NCBI RefSeq assembly: GCF_009914755.1 | Contig: NC_060929.1 | DNA: 64,000 bases | Source of the DNA: the human T2T-CHM13v2.0 reference genome, Homo sapiens | Reading direction: 5' to 3' (one strand) | Part shown: piece by piece, positions 28,297 through 42,809 of the stretch | Numbering within the stretch: the stretch's first letter is position 1 | How the letters are laid out: each line of letters opens with the position of its first letter | Translations under genes and position numbers: made by a program | Notes under the pieces: generated by a model | Databases searched by the model: none | What the model was told of the DNA's origin: nothing | What the model saw: the letters and a program-made list of their open reading frames with translations, nothing else

Positions 28297-29329
28297 TAAT
28301 AATATTAAGACAGCTCACATCGGTATGTGAAATGCCTTAACATAATTTTTGAAGTGCGTTTATAAAGTTTATCTTCGAACTTCTTGCTAAACAAAGCCCA
28401 AATTGAAATGTGTTCCTTTGATATATCTATGTTGCCTAAATTGAAAAGAAAGTGCCATAGCTACTTCGAGGAAACAAAGATTTCTCTAATGCTTAGGTCT
28501 GATAGAAATTTTTCACCTGAGCCTTCACATGAAAAGATGTTGTAATACAACCAGTATCATCTGTAAACTAAATCCAGCAGTGGGCCTTCTACAACCATGT
28601 CTTAAAGTATGTTCCTGATGACAGTATAATGAACATAGTTATATGTGGATTAAACTGAAGTTCAGACAGACAGCTTTTCATTTGTCCTGCATGATCCAAG
28701 GTTAAAACTTGAAATAAGTAAATGTTGCGTATCTTCCTGGTTACCTTCCACAAATGCAGCATCTTTCATTTGTAAATAATTTTTATAAGTTGAATAGAAG
28801 ATAATTGGGATGGGTGTCTAAAATATTGGTCTTCTCTTTAGATGATTAAGTAACATGTTTTTAATAATTCATAAATGATAAGATATTGGTATTGGTCTTC
28901 TAGGCAAATTATCAGAGATTTTTTTTCTATTATCCTTTGTGTTGGTGACGGTGTGGTATGGAGAATTACTAATCACTCTTTATGGGAACAAGAAGTGCTG
29001 AGGACCTAAAAAGGCTTACAACTTTTGAACCTGTTATTATACATTTAACATTTTTTGCTAAGAGAAGAATCAACACGGATAGAAAGATACATTTCAAAGA
29101 TGTTCCTGAATGAATGATTTGAAATAGGAACAATTTCTTCCACTCCTTCACCTTGGCACTGTGTGGTTGCCATTTGTGCACACTTACCCCACCTCTGTGT
29201 GGTCTTGCTTCTCACAGCTGCTCCTGTGATTCTCGTGGGAAGCCTTTCCTCGGGATGCTAAAATAAATAAACAAATGAATGCATAAATAAGTAAATAAAT
29301 ATATAAAATAAAATAGAAGCAATTTGAAA

Positions 29330-29665
29330 ACAACCTAGAATTCTACAAATAAGGGCTTGATTAAATAATGACATCCAAATGTCGAAGTGCTGTATATTCC
29401 TGAAAAAATGTATCTTCTCAAAGAATATGTAAGAATATAAAAATACCTTTCCATATTGTTTTTAAAAGAATGCGTAGCCTGATGCCAGTATAGTTATATT
29501 AAAAATGTACCAAAAGAACACTTTTTATAAAAGGGCAAAAAGGACATACCAGAAAATGTTAATAGTGGTTATTTCTGGAAAGAGAGTTAATGGAGCATTT
29601 GTATTTTCCTATGCTATTTTTTTAGTATATTTTTCTGACTTTCTACCATAATTTTATGTTACTGA
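29330..29665 (+). mobile_element. Old L1 (L1ME-like) 3' fragment
   Basis: 'accagaaaatgttaatagtggttatttctgg...ttttctgactttctacca' resembles the L1ME 3' UTR. Highly diverged. Confidence 0.5.
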
Positions 29666-30289
29666 TCACATATTAGCATATGATACATTCTAATCAAATT
29701 GAGAAGTTTATCTTGGATGTTAAGCCATTCTACCCCTACCAACAATGTAGATATATTATTTTTATGAGAAAAAATCAATATCTTCAAGCAGAAGATGGTG
29801 CTATTTATATCAAGTATTATGGACAGCCAACATAAAGGGGAAAACATATCTTTAGAAAACAAAAGACATGATATTTTTTCACTTGGTATTTATGATCATA
29901 AATACCAATTTTATGATCATAGATCAAGGTATTTATGATCCAAGGTATTGCTTCCTGGGTATTGCTGACATAACCTTTCTCGTTTCATACCATTATTAAC
30001 TTAAAAATTAATCTACTGAGTGTTCTTTGTGTGCCTTTTAGGAGAATATAGTGAGTTAAATAATATAAATGGTTTTTAAAAGTTTCTAAGCCTTTTTTTT
30101 GCTTTTTAAAAGTTTCAATTACATTGGAAGAACTAGTTGGTTCTTTAAAAAATAAATAATATGAAATTCAGAGGAAAGAGTTATTGTAGTTATTATTGCA
30201 GGCAGAAAGCAAAGGAGAAAGCATCTGAAAGAAAGAATGAATGGTGCAGAATGAGCTGTAAATAGGGATTTGCTAAGCACACTGCAGAA

Positions 30290-30790
30290 TAATAAGGCCT
30301 GCTTATTGAGGGCCTATTACATGCCAGCTACTGAGTTAGACATTCACTGCAGCCACTTCAAAACATTGACCAGGATGTTACACAGGAATTGATATGATCT
30401 CACTTCAGAGATGATATTAGACAGCCTCCCAACCTTACACGGCTAGTGAATGGCAGCAGAAAGATTCAAAGACCACTCTTCTGTTGTTTTTCCTACTTAC
30501 TGAGTCCTCATCCCAGGCACAGAACGTTTATTTCTTGCCTCTTGTCGTTTCAGTTTCTTCTGCAAAATTGTGTTAAAGTGACTTGCCCAGGGTTGCAAAA
30601 TAAACGGTCAAGCTGGGAACAAGGTCTGTTTGACTTAGAGCCTGGGTTTAATCTGTGACTGCTCTTAAACTCGACAGCTCTATGAGTGTAAAAGTGCTTT
30701 CCTCATAGTGTGTTAGGAGAATCAATTAGTATTAATGTGTGAAAGTGCTTACAACAAGGCTGGGCATAAAGTGAGCATTCTATTATCATG
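30290..30790. mobile_element. Cluster of MIR fragments
   Basis: 'cttattgagggcctattacatgccag', 'gtgacttgcccagggttgc' and 'gtgttaggagaatcaattag...gtgaaagtgcttac' are MIR motifs in both orientations. Confidence 0.6.
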
Positions 30791-30904
30791 TTTTGTTCTT
30801 CTTATTATTACTACTATGATTACTACAGCATTATTACCAGAAGAGCGAAATGCATATCAGTAGTGGTATGGGAGGACATTTAAATGATTAACAGAATAGG
30901 GAGA

Positions 30905-31231
30905 TTTTTTTATTTTGTATTTCATTTTATTTATTTATTTATTTATTTTGGGATGGAGTCTCACTCTGTCGCTCAGGTTGGAGTGCAGTGGTGTGATCCC
31001 GATTATTGCAACCTCCACCTCCCGGATTCAAGCAATTCTCCTGCCTCGGCCTCCCAAGTAGCTGGGCATACAGGCGCCTGCCACCAGGCTCAGCTAATTT
31101 TTTTTGCATTTTTAGTAGAGACGGGGTTTCACCATGTTAGCCAGGCTGGTCTCAAACTCCTGACCTCAGGTGATCTGCCCACCTTGGCCTCCCAAATTGC
31201 TGGGATCAGGCATGAGCCACCATACACAGCC
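30905..31231 (-). mobile_element. AluS (Sx-like)
   Basis: (TTTA)n tail then an antisense dimer ending 'gagccaccatacacagcc'. Confidence 0.93.
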
Positions 31232-32973
31232 GAAGTGAGATATGCTGTTTTCAAATTTCTTTTGACACAGTTGTTACTTCAAGAAGAGTATCTTAGTTTG
31301 CAACTACTGTGACTCTAATAACTCTCTTAAACTTGCTAATACCTCTATTTTAGGAAAAAAGTAGTAGGTTCACATACAGAACTTTTATTAGCCAATAGTT
31401 TCTAGTTTGAAATTAGGAGCTTTTTAAAAATTAATTTATTTTTACAATTACTTTCTATTTACAGTAAATAATACTGTTTTTAAAATGTTTAAGTCTTTTA
31501 TAATTGACTTTTAAAATAATGTTTTAAAAAATAATTTTAAAAAATGTATCAAGATCAACACAAATAATAAGGAATAATGCCAGTATTATTAATTGTTGGT
31601 GGCCATTGGGAAGGCAATGCTGGAAAGACGGTTGGGAAATATTGCAGTATATGAAATTGGCAAAAAAAAAAGAAAAGCAAACTCTAGGGAGCAACCACTG
31701 TGACCCAAAAGAAAGATTTACATAAATAATTTGTGGGAGATAAGGTTGGTAAAACTCTCTTTTTTTCTCCTTTCACTAGAAAGCAGTGCAAATGTGTGAG
31801 ACTCAAGCAGCACTGGTCCGTTGATGCTTCTTGGGGAAAACTCTTCCCTAAACCATAGCACTCAGACGAGGGTTATGTGTGGCCACTTCTTCTGTGATTT
31901 AAATTCAAGGAGGAAATCTTTTTGGACTAGCCAATTTTATTCAGGTTTCTCATCTTATGAATCTGTGCTCTGGGAAGACAACCACCATATCTGGCTTCCT
32001 TATTACTAAATCTCCACTGCTTCACCAACTGCTTGGGACATAATAGGTGATCAATAAATAGTTTTTCTGGATGAATGAATAAATTCTGTCCACAAAGCGT
32101 CCTTCACTGAGCTTGTTTTAGATTTATGTGATTACATCTAAGAACTTGGATGGGGCTGACATAGGAAAAGGGAATTAATTCTAAATTTAATAGATGTATG
32201 ACCTTAAATGAGGCCAGCAGTGTCATTGCAGAAGTGCTTGGGAGACCTGCCACTGTCAAGTGAAATGCCGGTAGCACAAATTGAGATATTAAATTGATTC
32301 AAGAGGTCCAATGCGCACATGGATATCACTCCTGGGAAGACCATTAGGGGCTTCAGGAGAGGAAATGTTACTGCCCACCAAGTTTCCTTGAAGGAACAAA
32401 TCAGTTTGACTCATCAGCAGTCTTTATGGATTGCCAGCTGTGGGCCATTCCAGAGCAAAAAGATTATGCCTCTGCATAGTGACACTGCTATTTTAACAGG
32501 ACATGGAACAGGATGATTCATGAGACAAATAATTCTGTTCTAGACTGTGTGTGTGCATGCATGTGTGTTCAAAGTTAAGGATGTCAAGGTAAATATTTCA
32601 GAAAAGTTACCTGAGGGTGCTAATCTAGCCCCCTAGAGCCTCCTTGTTATATAAATCACGTACTGAAGGTCATCAATTTAGATTTGAATGTGTGAAATTA
32701 GCCATTTATAAGATAGTTCTGCTGTTGGTGTGTTTCCTAATTTGGGTATAAGAAATGGTAGTGACATTTTTTTTTTGTTATAGATAGTTTGTAACCAGAG
32801 ATGCCACATCACACTTTCTCAAGTTCCCTGAACAGTGATAAGATGAATTTATCAAACAAAACCTCTCTGCCTTTGCTGAAAAATATTTTGAATGTGTATT
32901 TGTGTATCCAAGATTTTGGCTCTGAAGACCTATAAGCTCAGTGTTTTGGGATTGCTTTGAAAAGCCATTTTAG

Positions 32974-32974
<1 letters not shown>

Positions 32975-33022
<48 letters not shown>
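32975..33022. repeat. (TA)n microsatellite, ~24 units
   Basis: Uninterrupted TA run. Confidence 0.97.
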
Positions 33023-33026
<4 letters not shown>

Positions 33027-34124
33027 TCAGATTGAGAATTTTCCCAAAATGTAGATATATTTTAGACTAAATGTTGAAATTCAGTAACAGCAACAACACC
33101 AGCAACCATAACAACAATAATAATACATTCTGGAACTTAATAATAGCAAGCACATGGAGACCACGTGATATCGTGGGCCAACTCCGTTAAGGATTAAACA
33201 TACATTATCTCATTTAATTCCCACAACACTCCATGGTACACTATGTCATCACTTTGGCACTCCCTTAAACTTCTGTTACTCAGCCAGCCTCACCTGACTT
33301 TTTTCTCAGCTTCTATCTCCTGCATAAGCAGAATGCAACAGTGAAATAGCAATATTTTCTGGCACAACTCAGGGTGGCATGATGTTTATTATAAAGCAGG
33401 AAGATCTAAATTTGTTTAGTCCATTGGCATTATGTCAGTATCAAAGCCCTAACTGATGTAATGCATGACAGCTTTCTGAATAAGTGACACCCACTCAATG
33501 AATGTCTTGACCAGATACTCCAGGGAAAAAAATACTACGATACATACATTTTTGTTAAATAAGGCTGTTATTCATGTTACCTATGATGCCTTTAACATTA
33601 GGGCCCTAGTACATAATTTGCCCAATTCAAATGATAGAATTATTTATTATCAAATTTGCAATTCCAGATCTCCAAATTACTCTTTTGCATCCTTGAAGGC
33701 TACCTGAAGTAATAAAGAAATTCCTCTGCCTTTGAGTGACTCCAAGAGACAATGTAAAGGCAAGACACAGCAGCTTCATGAAAGCTCAACATAAATTTGA
33801 ATATGCTCTGAAGAGGGGGCAGTTGTCACCATGGTGATTTTATTCTTTCCTAGATTGAGCTCAAAATCAAAGGGGAGGAGTTTTTAAAGCAAAGATGCTG
33901 AAATAGGTGAATCAAAAATCTGGATAAAATTTCCAATTGTTATTCAAAATACAGTCCTTCGTTTGATGTTTGGAGCCTATATTTGGGATCAGATACTCAA
34001 GATAATGATTGTTAGGTAGCCTGAGAGAGTGTACTTCTATTGTTAGAATATTGTTAGGTAATTGGAAAGCTATCTAATTATTATTAATATTCTGCTAAAA
34101 ATGATTACACTGGCCTTTCCTCCA

Positions 34125-34430
34125 CTAACATTACTGACTGTTTACTATTCACTAGGCAATATGTAATGTTCTTTGCATGCATTATTTTATTTAATACTTA
34201 TAAAAATCTATGAGATAGATGTTACGGCTATTCCCATTTTAAAGATGAAGAAACTAAGGTTTATGCATTCATAGCAAGCATTTTTATAAGGATACATCAC
34301 TGCAAAAGAAGTCTGATTCAAAAGCTCCTGTCTTTATGAAGTTGTGTTTTACTGGTTTGTCTAGATCACACAGCTCCTAAGTGGCAGATATAGGATGCAA
34401 ACCCAGGCTGAAATTATTAAACTCTATAAT
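34125..34430 (-). mobile_element. MIR
   Basis: 'ctaacattactgactgtttacta...cccattttaaagatgaagaaactaagg...gatcacacagctcctaagtggcaga'. Confidence 0.75.
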
Positions 34431-35524
34431 AAATAATGTTCAATGCCTATGTCAATAATCTGTGATTTTAGAAGCCTTATTTAAGATTGGACATGCCTAC
34501 AGGTCGAAGTTTTAAGCAGTACAGGTAGGAAGGCTGCTGATGTGAGCCTGGAGTGCTCACGGCGATCACTACTCTTGTATTGATCACTATGAGAATTTCA
34601 GGAATATGCTACCAAGGATACAACTTCTTTCCAATCACATGTTACCTAGGAGAAGTCTCACTAGACCTCTGACAATTCCTCTCACCCACAACTGAAGGAT
34701 GATTCTATTCCAGTTGGGAAGGGCCTTCTCATAAACTGAGAATATGAAGCAGAGATTTATCAAAACCAACCCTGGCTGCTGTTACAGTGACAGATGTCAC
34801 AGCTAGACCACCCTCAAACAATCCTGGAATGACTCTTCAGAATTCTGCACATGCCAACAGCCATTTTCAAACACCACAATTTTTTGCTTATGTTCTCCCT
34901 CTCGCTTTCTATGTGACCTTCATCAGCAAGTCCTTTCCATGGCACCTCTGGTTTCTGACTTTCAAAATTGGAAAGAACAATTTTTGCCTCTTAGAGAAGT
35001 CGCTGGGATTCTGGGACATGCGTATCTTGGTGAAAGTTAAGCAGCATTTGGGAGTCTTGACCCTCTTCCTCATGGCCCCGAGGTCCTAGTGTTTTTCAAT
35101 TCTGAAACAGAGGTCAAAACCACCTTTCTTTGTATCTTCGTAAATACTCAGGAGAATGCCTAGCCAATAGCTCCATTTCCCCTGAGGAAATGCATAGGAG
35201 CCAGCTGCTAAGTGCTGGAGTTTTCATGCACCTGTTTGTTTATTTTTTTAAACGTAATTGGGAATATGCCTGGAAGCATGAGTCTATTTCTCCAGTGCAC
35301 TCTAAGCAGATTTAGGCATACAGAAGACAATCACAGCCTTGTATTGTGCATCTATTGCATCTGTAGTTCTCCAGTTGGTGTTCTGCAAAGATAAAACGAT
35401 CAGAAAGTGCCCGGAATGCAAATTTTAAATGGGGAGATGAGACACTAAAAAATAACCAGGAACATTAATTAAAAAACCAACATAGTAATCATAATCCCTT
35501 ATCAGGGACTATAAAGCTTTTTAT

Positions 35525-35579
35525 CAGTGTTTTTCAATGTTGGCTGTGTTTTAATATCCTCTAGGAAACTCTAACACAC

Positions 35580-35626
<47 letters not shown>

Positions 35627-35760
35627 GCCTGGGCTCTACCTTCAATGATTGTGATTTAATTGATCTGGGGTGGGGTCCATGTATCCATATTTTACAAAAG
35701 CTATTCAAGATGATATGGTGCAAGCTGTTCAAGATGATATGGTGCAGACCTAGGAGCCAC
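35525..35760. mobile_element. MER5A-like MITE containing (CA)n and a 24-bp tandem duplication
   Basis: 'cagtgtttttcaatgttggctg...tgcctgggctctacc...gatttaattgatctggggtggggtcc'. Confidence 0.7.
35574..35624. repeat. (CA)n microsatellite
   Basis: About 25 AC units with one CG interruption. Confidence 0.95.
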
Positions 35761-35849
35761 CTCAATGCCTACCTTTCACCCTCCTTTCTGTGCACCTGCC
35801 CCCATGCCCAGATGCTGTGGTCAACTGCCGTGCCTTGCGTTCAAACATA

Positions 35850-36282
35850 CAAACCTCATGCCTCCTTTAGAGTCTTTGTTCTATTTTGTCCCTCCTATAA
35901 AAATGTTCTTTACATAGATCTTTGCATGGCCTTTCCTTCTGTGCCATTTAGTGCTCAACGCACGTCACCTGTTTGCAATCTACATGAGCAGAACTTTCTA
36001 GAGTTGTACAGTTCACAAGACGGGTGGCCATAAACTGTAGCTCTGCCTTCCCTGAAACTTGGCAGTCTTTCTGGTTACTCTTAAATCAACTTGTTCTATT
36101 ATTTCCTCTCCAAGTTTTGAACTGAAACCAATTTGTTTATCAGATTTTTTTAACCTCCTACAATTAAAATTCAGGGGCTAAGAGAGCAGGAACTTCCTCT
36201 GACTTGTTCAGTGCTATATTTCTAACACATAGAATAGTACCTTGCATACAATAGGTGCTCAGTTAATATTTGTTAAATGAAC
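35850..36282 (+). mobile_element. LINE-2 3' fragment
   Basis: Ends 'agaatagtaccttgcatacaataggtgctcagttaatatttgttaaatgaa'. Confidence 0.7.
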
Positions 36283-36354
36283 GTTCTGTGCGTGATTCAC
36301 GGAGCTTAGAATCTCTGACCTAATGCAGTAATATAAAGTAGTAGGAGTTCATGA

Positions 36355-36742
<388 letters not shown>

Positions 36743-36999
36743 ATGGAGCAATATCTCTTAAGAGCTGGAGCAAGTCATGCTCAGAGTGGAACAAGCTAGT
36801 TAGCTTGGCTGGGATGACCAAGCTGTAATTATTAAAATTAATTCAATCTCATTAGATAATAAAGTCATCCAAAGTGAAAATAGTCCTGTATTTGGAAATA
36901 AATCACAATTGGGTCTAAAGCAAATGTCCCTAAGTAATATGATGATACCTGACATGGAGAACATACAATGTCTCCAATTCTCACTAAAAGTTAGAAAGT

Positions 37000-37316
<317 letters not shown>

Positions 37317-37374
37317 TTAGAAAGCTATTTATTTTTTAATTAATACTCACAGAAAACTGAAAAGTAGCTAATAC

Positions 37375-37635
37375 CAATAATGATACTAACTACTGCCGTT
37401 TATTTAGTGTTTCCTTCTTTGATGGCATTGCATAATGATATTCAGTACATCATTTTAACCCTCACAGAAAACTTAAGAGGTAATTAATATTCACAGTTTA
37501 CCATCGATAAAAGTGAGACTTGGAAAAGTCAAGCAGTTGACTGAAGTCCCACCTCAAGTAAGTGGCTGAAATGAGATGTGAGCCCAGAATGAGGAACTCC
37601 AACGTTTCTGCATTCATCCAAAATGCTGTACCACT
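37375..37635 (-). mobile_element. MIR
   Basis: 'ctgccgtttatttagtgttt...ttttaaccctcacag...aaagtgagacttggaaaagtcaagcagttg...gtaagtggctga'. Confidence 0.65.
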
Positions 37636-40600
37636 TTATTTAGACGCAGTTTCGTTTAGTGAGACCTGATAATCACAAGCCTTCCATAATAATTGTATCT
37701 CATGAAATTAAGATTTTAATGAAACAAATGGAAAGTCTTCAAATAAAAATTTCTTGTAAACTTTTTCAGTCCAGCATTTGGAGCTAAGAATATGCTTTTG
37801 CAAAGAAGAATGTTATAAATAGTGCTCAGGTTCTCAGGCCAGAGAAGCCAAAAATTGTAATTATATTTCTGAACACTTTCTTAAATAAGAAGGGGAAGTA
37901 GCTTTTATTTTGCATGTTTTTTGCATGATATGGGTTATTTTTAATTACTGTGATAGCATATAACACTTAAAAATAGAGAGACAAAATAGTTTGCTACATT
38001 TTAACATGCTGTACTAATATTTAAGCAAAATAGGCAAAACAAATGCCTATTCAATTTTTGGTTTATCCTTAAATTGAATGCTGATGCTTGGTAATGGTTT
38101 AATTAAAACAGGGTGAGAAAGACATTTGGGAGATTTTGTATAGATTCCAAAAGAGATTAGGGGCTCTTTCAAAGAATTAACATGGATTGTAATTGTTTTT
38201 TATTTTATGTGATTTCATTTAAAACTGGATTTTTTTTTCTTTTTGTGCAACAGTATCATTTCTCTTAAAACATACCAAATTTAGGAGGGGGATTGTGGCA
38301 GATATTGAACAGGATGTGTATGCCAAAGATATACCAAAACACAAGTGCATTACATATATTATCAAGCATCAGGAATTAAAGACAGAAGAGAATGGATGAG
38401 CAGGAGAGATTTTAAGGAAGAAATATCACTTCGCTCAGGCCTAGTTGACAAGCAGTTCTTGGCCTGGACCACTTTACTTGCTTTTCAGAGTCTAGAGATC
38501 TGGACAAAGGGGCTGTAGGTTAGATAGGAGCTCAGCGAGGAAGGGGGTATCAGTTCTAAGGACTCACCAGGCAAGGCTGATCTGCAAGGCCTGGGTGCTC
38601 CTAGCTCAGGGGAGGAGCTACTTTCTCTTCACTTGTAGAGGATTGACAGAAGATAGAAAAAGCTAATTCCTGTTGAATTCAGGTACCAGTACAAAGAAGG
38701 TACCAGTTTCAGATAAACAGCCTCAATTAATATTGAGTGCACAGGTGGGCTTATTTTTCTTTTCTTTTTTTAAAATAATTTATTACTGTAAGAGAAGAAT
38801 GGTAATAAACCATTCTAGTGTATTTTCTTTAAAAATTGGAGCTACTGCTGGTTTGTTTTTAAAACAAATAGTTAATTCAAAACCAACAGAATTCTTAAAA
38901 AAAAAAGATGGTAGTTGCTTATTTACTTCATTTCAAAGGTTTTTTTTTTTTTTAAATTCAGTCTCCCTAGCAACAGAGACATCTGTCTCTATTCTCTTAG
39001 TCATTAAAGCCAAAGAAAGTAGCTGCTTCAAAAATAATAAAGGCAATTTCTATGAATTGGGTAACTGTTAATTGTTGCCAAGAAATCTTAGTCAGATAAT
39101 GAGGCATACAGCAATTGACAAAGATCTTTTCACTGATGTATGAGCTTCCAGCTAGCCCATGGTTGTTAACTAATATATACAGTACCATCGATGAGGTATT
39201 GTGTGATTCGCTATGTAACACAAATAGAGAAGTGATCTTTACTCCTCTAATTTCTTTCAGAAGTATGCCTTGCTGTGATTTTTTTTGATTGCTTAGTAAC
39301 TAATCATACCTCGGGATTCCAGGGAATATATTTGCCCATTACATTTCGTGAAAGGAGAAAGGTTTGAAGCATTCACAAGGGACATCAATGCAACAAATAG
39401 TAGAGTAGTTGGTGGTGGTGTTAAAACACAATATACTTCTTATTTGTGTTGTAGATTCTGTAAAGCCATTTGAGTGAAAATACTTAAAATTGCACTAGAT
39501 TCTAAAATGTATATTGGCATTTGTGCTAAAACTGTTTGCAGGCCCTTTATAATGAAACCCCAGTCACCCTCTGCAATAGCTTCACTAATAAACACAAAAC
39601 AGTTTTTCAACGCTTTCTGCTTTCCCAGCAGCCAAGGAAGCAAATTATATTAAGTCAGTATTTTTTATTATTGGCCCTATGTTTGGCACATGCCTGGCTG
39701 TATGTGAAACTACTGTTAAATGGGAAATAACAGAAGGAGAAACCAAGCATATAGAAGCTGGGGTTTTTTTTGTGAATTTTTTTTTAAATAAGAAAATACA
39801 GCTCTGATAACCAGATGTGGAACAGCTTATTGCAATATTGTCTTTATAAGCCTATTTTCATTTCCTGGGGGCTGGGGGAACTTTTACAAATGCAAAGTGT
39901 CAAAAATGCTGATTCTAATTTCAAAATTAGGATATTTACAAAATTTACATATGTATGGATAACTGTCATTGAAAATACAATGGATACTAAAGCCGTATCA
40001 ATTTTAGCAGAGATTTGAACAAGAATTTTGCTTTTATTCTAGCATGTTGTGATATACTTATAGTACAGATAAGAAATAAGGGAACTAAAACATGTGTTTA
40101 ACCTCACAATGGCATTTGTTTGATGTCAAATTGTAGGCATATATATAGTCAGGTACATTATACAAGTCATTAAGGCATTGCTGGTAAAGAGTTGGAGAAG
40201 AACTTAGAATAAAAACGCAAGCATAGTTAAGCAAATCCTTTTAGTTTAGGGATATTTTTATAATTTGTGCAGTATTTTTCTCTAATAATCCTCTAAATAC
40301 AGATATTTCTAGTAAATGCTTATGAATGTAAATGAATAAAAGACATTATCTTTAAAAAATTACAGTTTTCATCTGCATAATTTCACACTGTTAAGGTGAC
40401 AAACTGTTAATTTCCTTTCAAGATGCTTCTAATATAATGAAAGTAGAAAGAATTTTGTCTAACAACCAAGTAGAAATAGACACTGAATAGCTGTTGGTGA
40501 CTTTTTATCAAAAGTTTAAAAAATGCAGTGTAAAGAAAATCTTGGCACTTGACGTGGCATTTATGACATACTCTGAGGTTCTCAAAGTTACAGTACTGGC

Positions 40601-40726
40601 TTTTGTTGATCACATTTTACCATATTGTCTATCGGCATGTCATTTAACAGCAGGTTCTGGTGGTGGGCTTGCAATGAGTATCTGCCTCAGACAGAGGCCA
40701 CATACAGGATTCATCTTTCTCTAAAT

Positions 40727-41089
40727 GAGAGGTTGGGAAACTACAGCCTGTAGGCCAGATTTGTCCTGCCCCCTGTTTTTGTGTGGTCCATGAGCTAAGG
40801 ATTGTTTTTATATTGGTATGTGGTTGAAAAAAATCTAAAGAAGAAAAACATTTAGCGACGTGAAAACTATATAAAATTAAAATGTTACTGTCCATAAATG
40901 AGGTTTTATGGAAACACAGCCCACCCGTTGCTTTACATATGGCCCGTGACTGCTTTTAAGGCTACGTCGGCAGAGTTGAGTGATTGTAGAGACAGACTGA
41001 CTGGGCCACAAAACCTACAATATCACTTTAATTATTAATTGAAAATTAATTACAATCTGGTCCTTTCTAGGAAAGCTATCTGACACCAG
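40727..41089 (+). mobile_element. MER58B (hAT-Charlie), full length
   Basis: 'ggttgggaaactacagcctgtaggccag...gagctaagg...ggcagagttgagt...tctggtcctttc'. 8-bp TSD CTCTAAAT / CTCTAGAT fits the hAT NTCTAGAN target preference. Confidence 0.88.
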
Positions 41090-41149
41090 CTCTAGATTTA
41101 GGTTATAGAGTCAGCGTGAATTAAAAGAAAATACAGCTGATATTACAGA

Positions 41150-41410
41150 TTGTAATAGCTAATGTGTGCAGGTAACATTTAATGAAAACCATTTTGGGCC
41201 ACGGATTATGCTACATGTTTTATGTGGATCATCTCCCTAAATTTTCGCCCTATGATGCAGGTACTCTTATTATCCCCATTTAATAGATAAGATGACAAAC
41301 CTAGAGAAAAGACTTGTCCAAAGCCCCACAGATAAGTTATGGTGAAGCCAGGATTTAGAACTATGTTTGTTTGAGGGCAAAATCCATGCTTTTGACAACT
41401 GCACTATAGT
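41150..41410 (-). mobile_element. MIR
   Basis: 'ccctatgatgcaggtactcttattatccccatttaatagataag...gacttgtccaaagccccacag...gccaggatttagaac'. Confidence 0.75.
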
Positions 41411-42014
41411 CACTCCTGTAATTATGAGCCCTTACAGATCAGTAAGAAAAAGGGCAAAAGTTCTCTAGAAAAATGAACAAAAGAAATAAGCAGACCTTTC
41501 CCCAGTAAGAGATACAAATATCTTCTTTCCCACAGAGCCTTTAATTCGAGGGTGAAGATGATAGGAATTACTAAACCCCTTTTGGTTTTCTGACTTGGAA
41601 TCTTAGATTTGAATTTCTTTTACCCTCATACCATGGTTAATATTCCATGACTTTATCGGGGTCTCCAGAGTTTCTGAAACACAACCATCAAATCTCTGCC
41701 CTGGTGTTTCCATTGGCTAGACTTAATCATGTCAGCTAGAAAATATGGGAGAGTCCTAAATTACACTAGTGGATTCTCTACGAAAGAGGATTCATTTGGG
41801 GGAGGAAAAAAAAAAGTTGTGACAAGAAAAAGAATGCTCCAGTCAGTTCTGGGGCAGAATTCTGCAGTGTTGGGAAATATCACTGCTCCCAGATTCATTT
41901 TTATGAACCAGGATTCCACGGATACAAGAGTTCATGGAGAAGTTCTGAAGATTTTAGGTCCTTTCTTCTCCTTCACATATCCATTTTCTTGGTCCTGTAT
42001 TTTGTGCCAGGTTG

Positions 42015-42430
42015 TCTTTGTATGAGCCAGGATTCTAATTTGTAAGCAACCTAAGCAGAAAAGGAACTTACTGGAAGAGTGTCAGGTAGCTTCTAGAATC
42101 ATTAGGCAGCCAGGAAAACAAGGTTAATAAAGGAGACAAGAAGAGAAGGAAATTTGGCAACAAAAGTCATAGCCTAAGCCCTGCCATAGGTTTGGGCTAG
42201 TCGCGACAGCATATGTCACTAGTTTTAAGGTTTCCGAATGTTGTTATCTACACCAATTTTGAACTCTCTGTCCACCTTTCTGTCATGTATAAACAGTCAC
42301 AGTCTTGGATGAGAATAGCCAACTGCACAAGTCTTGGACTTTGTACCTTATCTTACCAGCCAGTGTAGAAAGGAAGCTGTGTGGACTCCTTAGGCTTCCA
42401 GAACAGAAGGAAGAGGATTTGGGTAGGTAG
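42015..42430. mobile_element. Old MaLR (MLT1N/O-like) LTR fragment
   Basis: 'gccaggattct...gtaagcaac...taagcagaaaaggaacttactggaag...ggtagcttctagaatc' resembles an old MLT1 LTR terminus. Confidence 0.5.
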
Positions 42431-42809
42431 AAAAAGTGCAAGGGAGTTAATTACTATATTCTGTGAGGTTCTGGAATGAAAAGATGATTTTCATAGTCCT
42501 TGGCCTTAGGATAGACTAACCCATAGCCATCAAAAAGCTATAGTATCTCTCATCAGTGGTTCTTGAGCACACATCAAAAAGATGGCTAACTGACCCAGTG
42601 GATGACGGGAAATGCCCTCCGCCATCTTTCTAGGAGTATGGAATGGCGATGTCTCAGCTAAGTTTTAACAGACAATAAGAATAAACAGGTAGCAGGGAAG
42701 ATAATGAATTTCAATTAGCCATGGGCACATGCCTAGTAATTACAAAAATTAAAATGCTGCTAATTTGATGGCATATTTAAAGTTTTAAAAATCATCCTAT
42801 GTGGAGACT

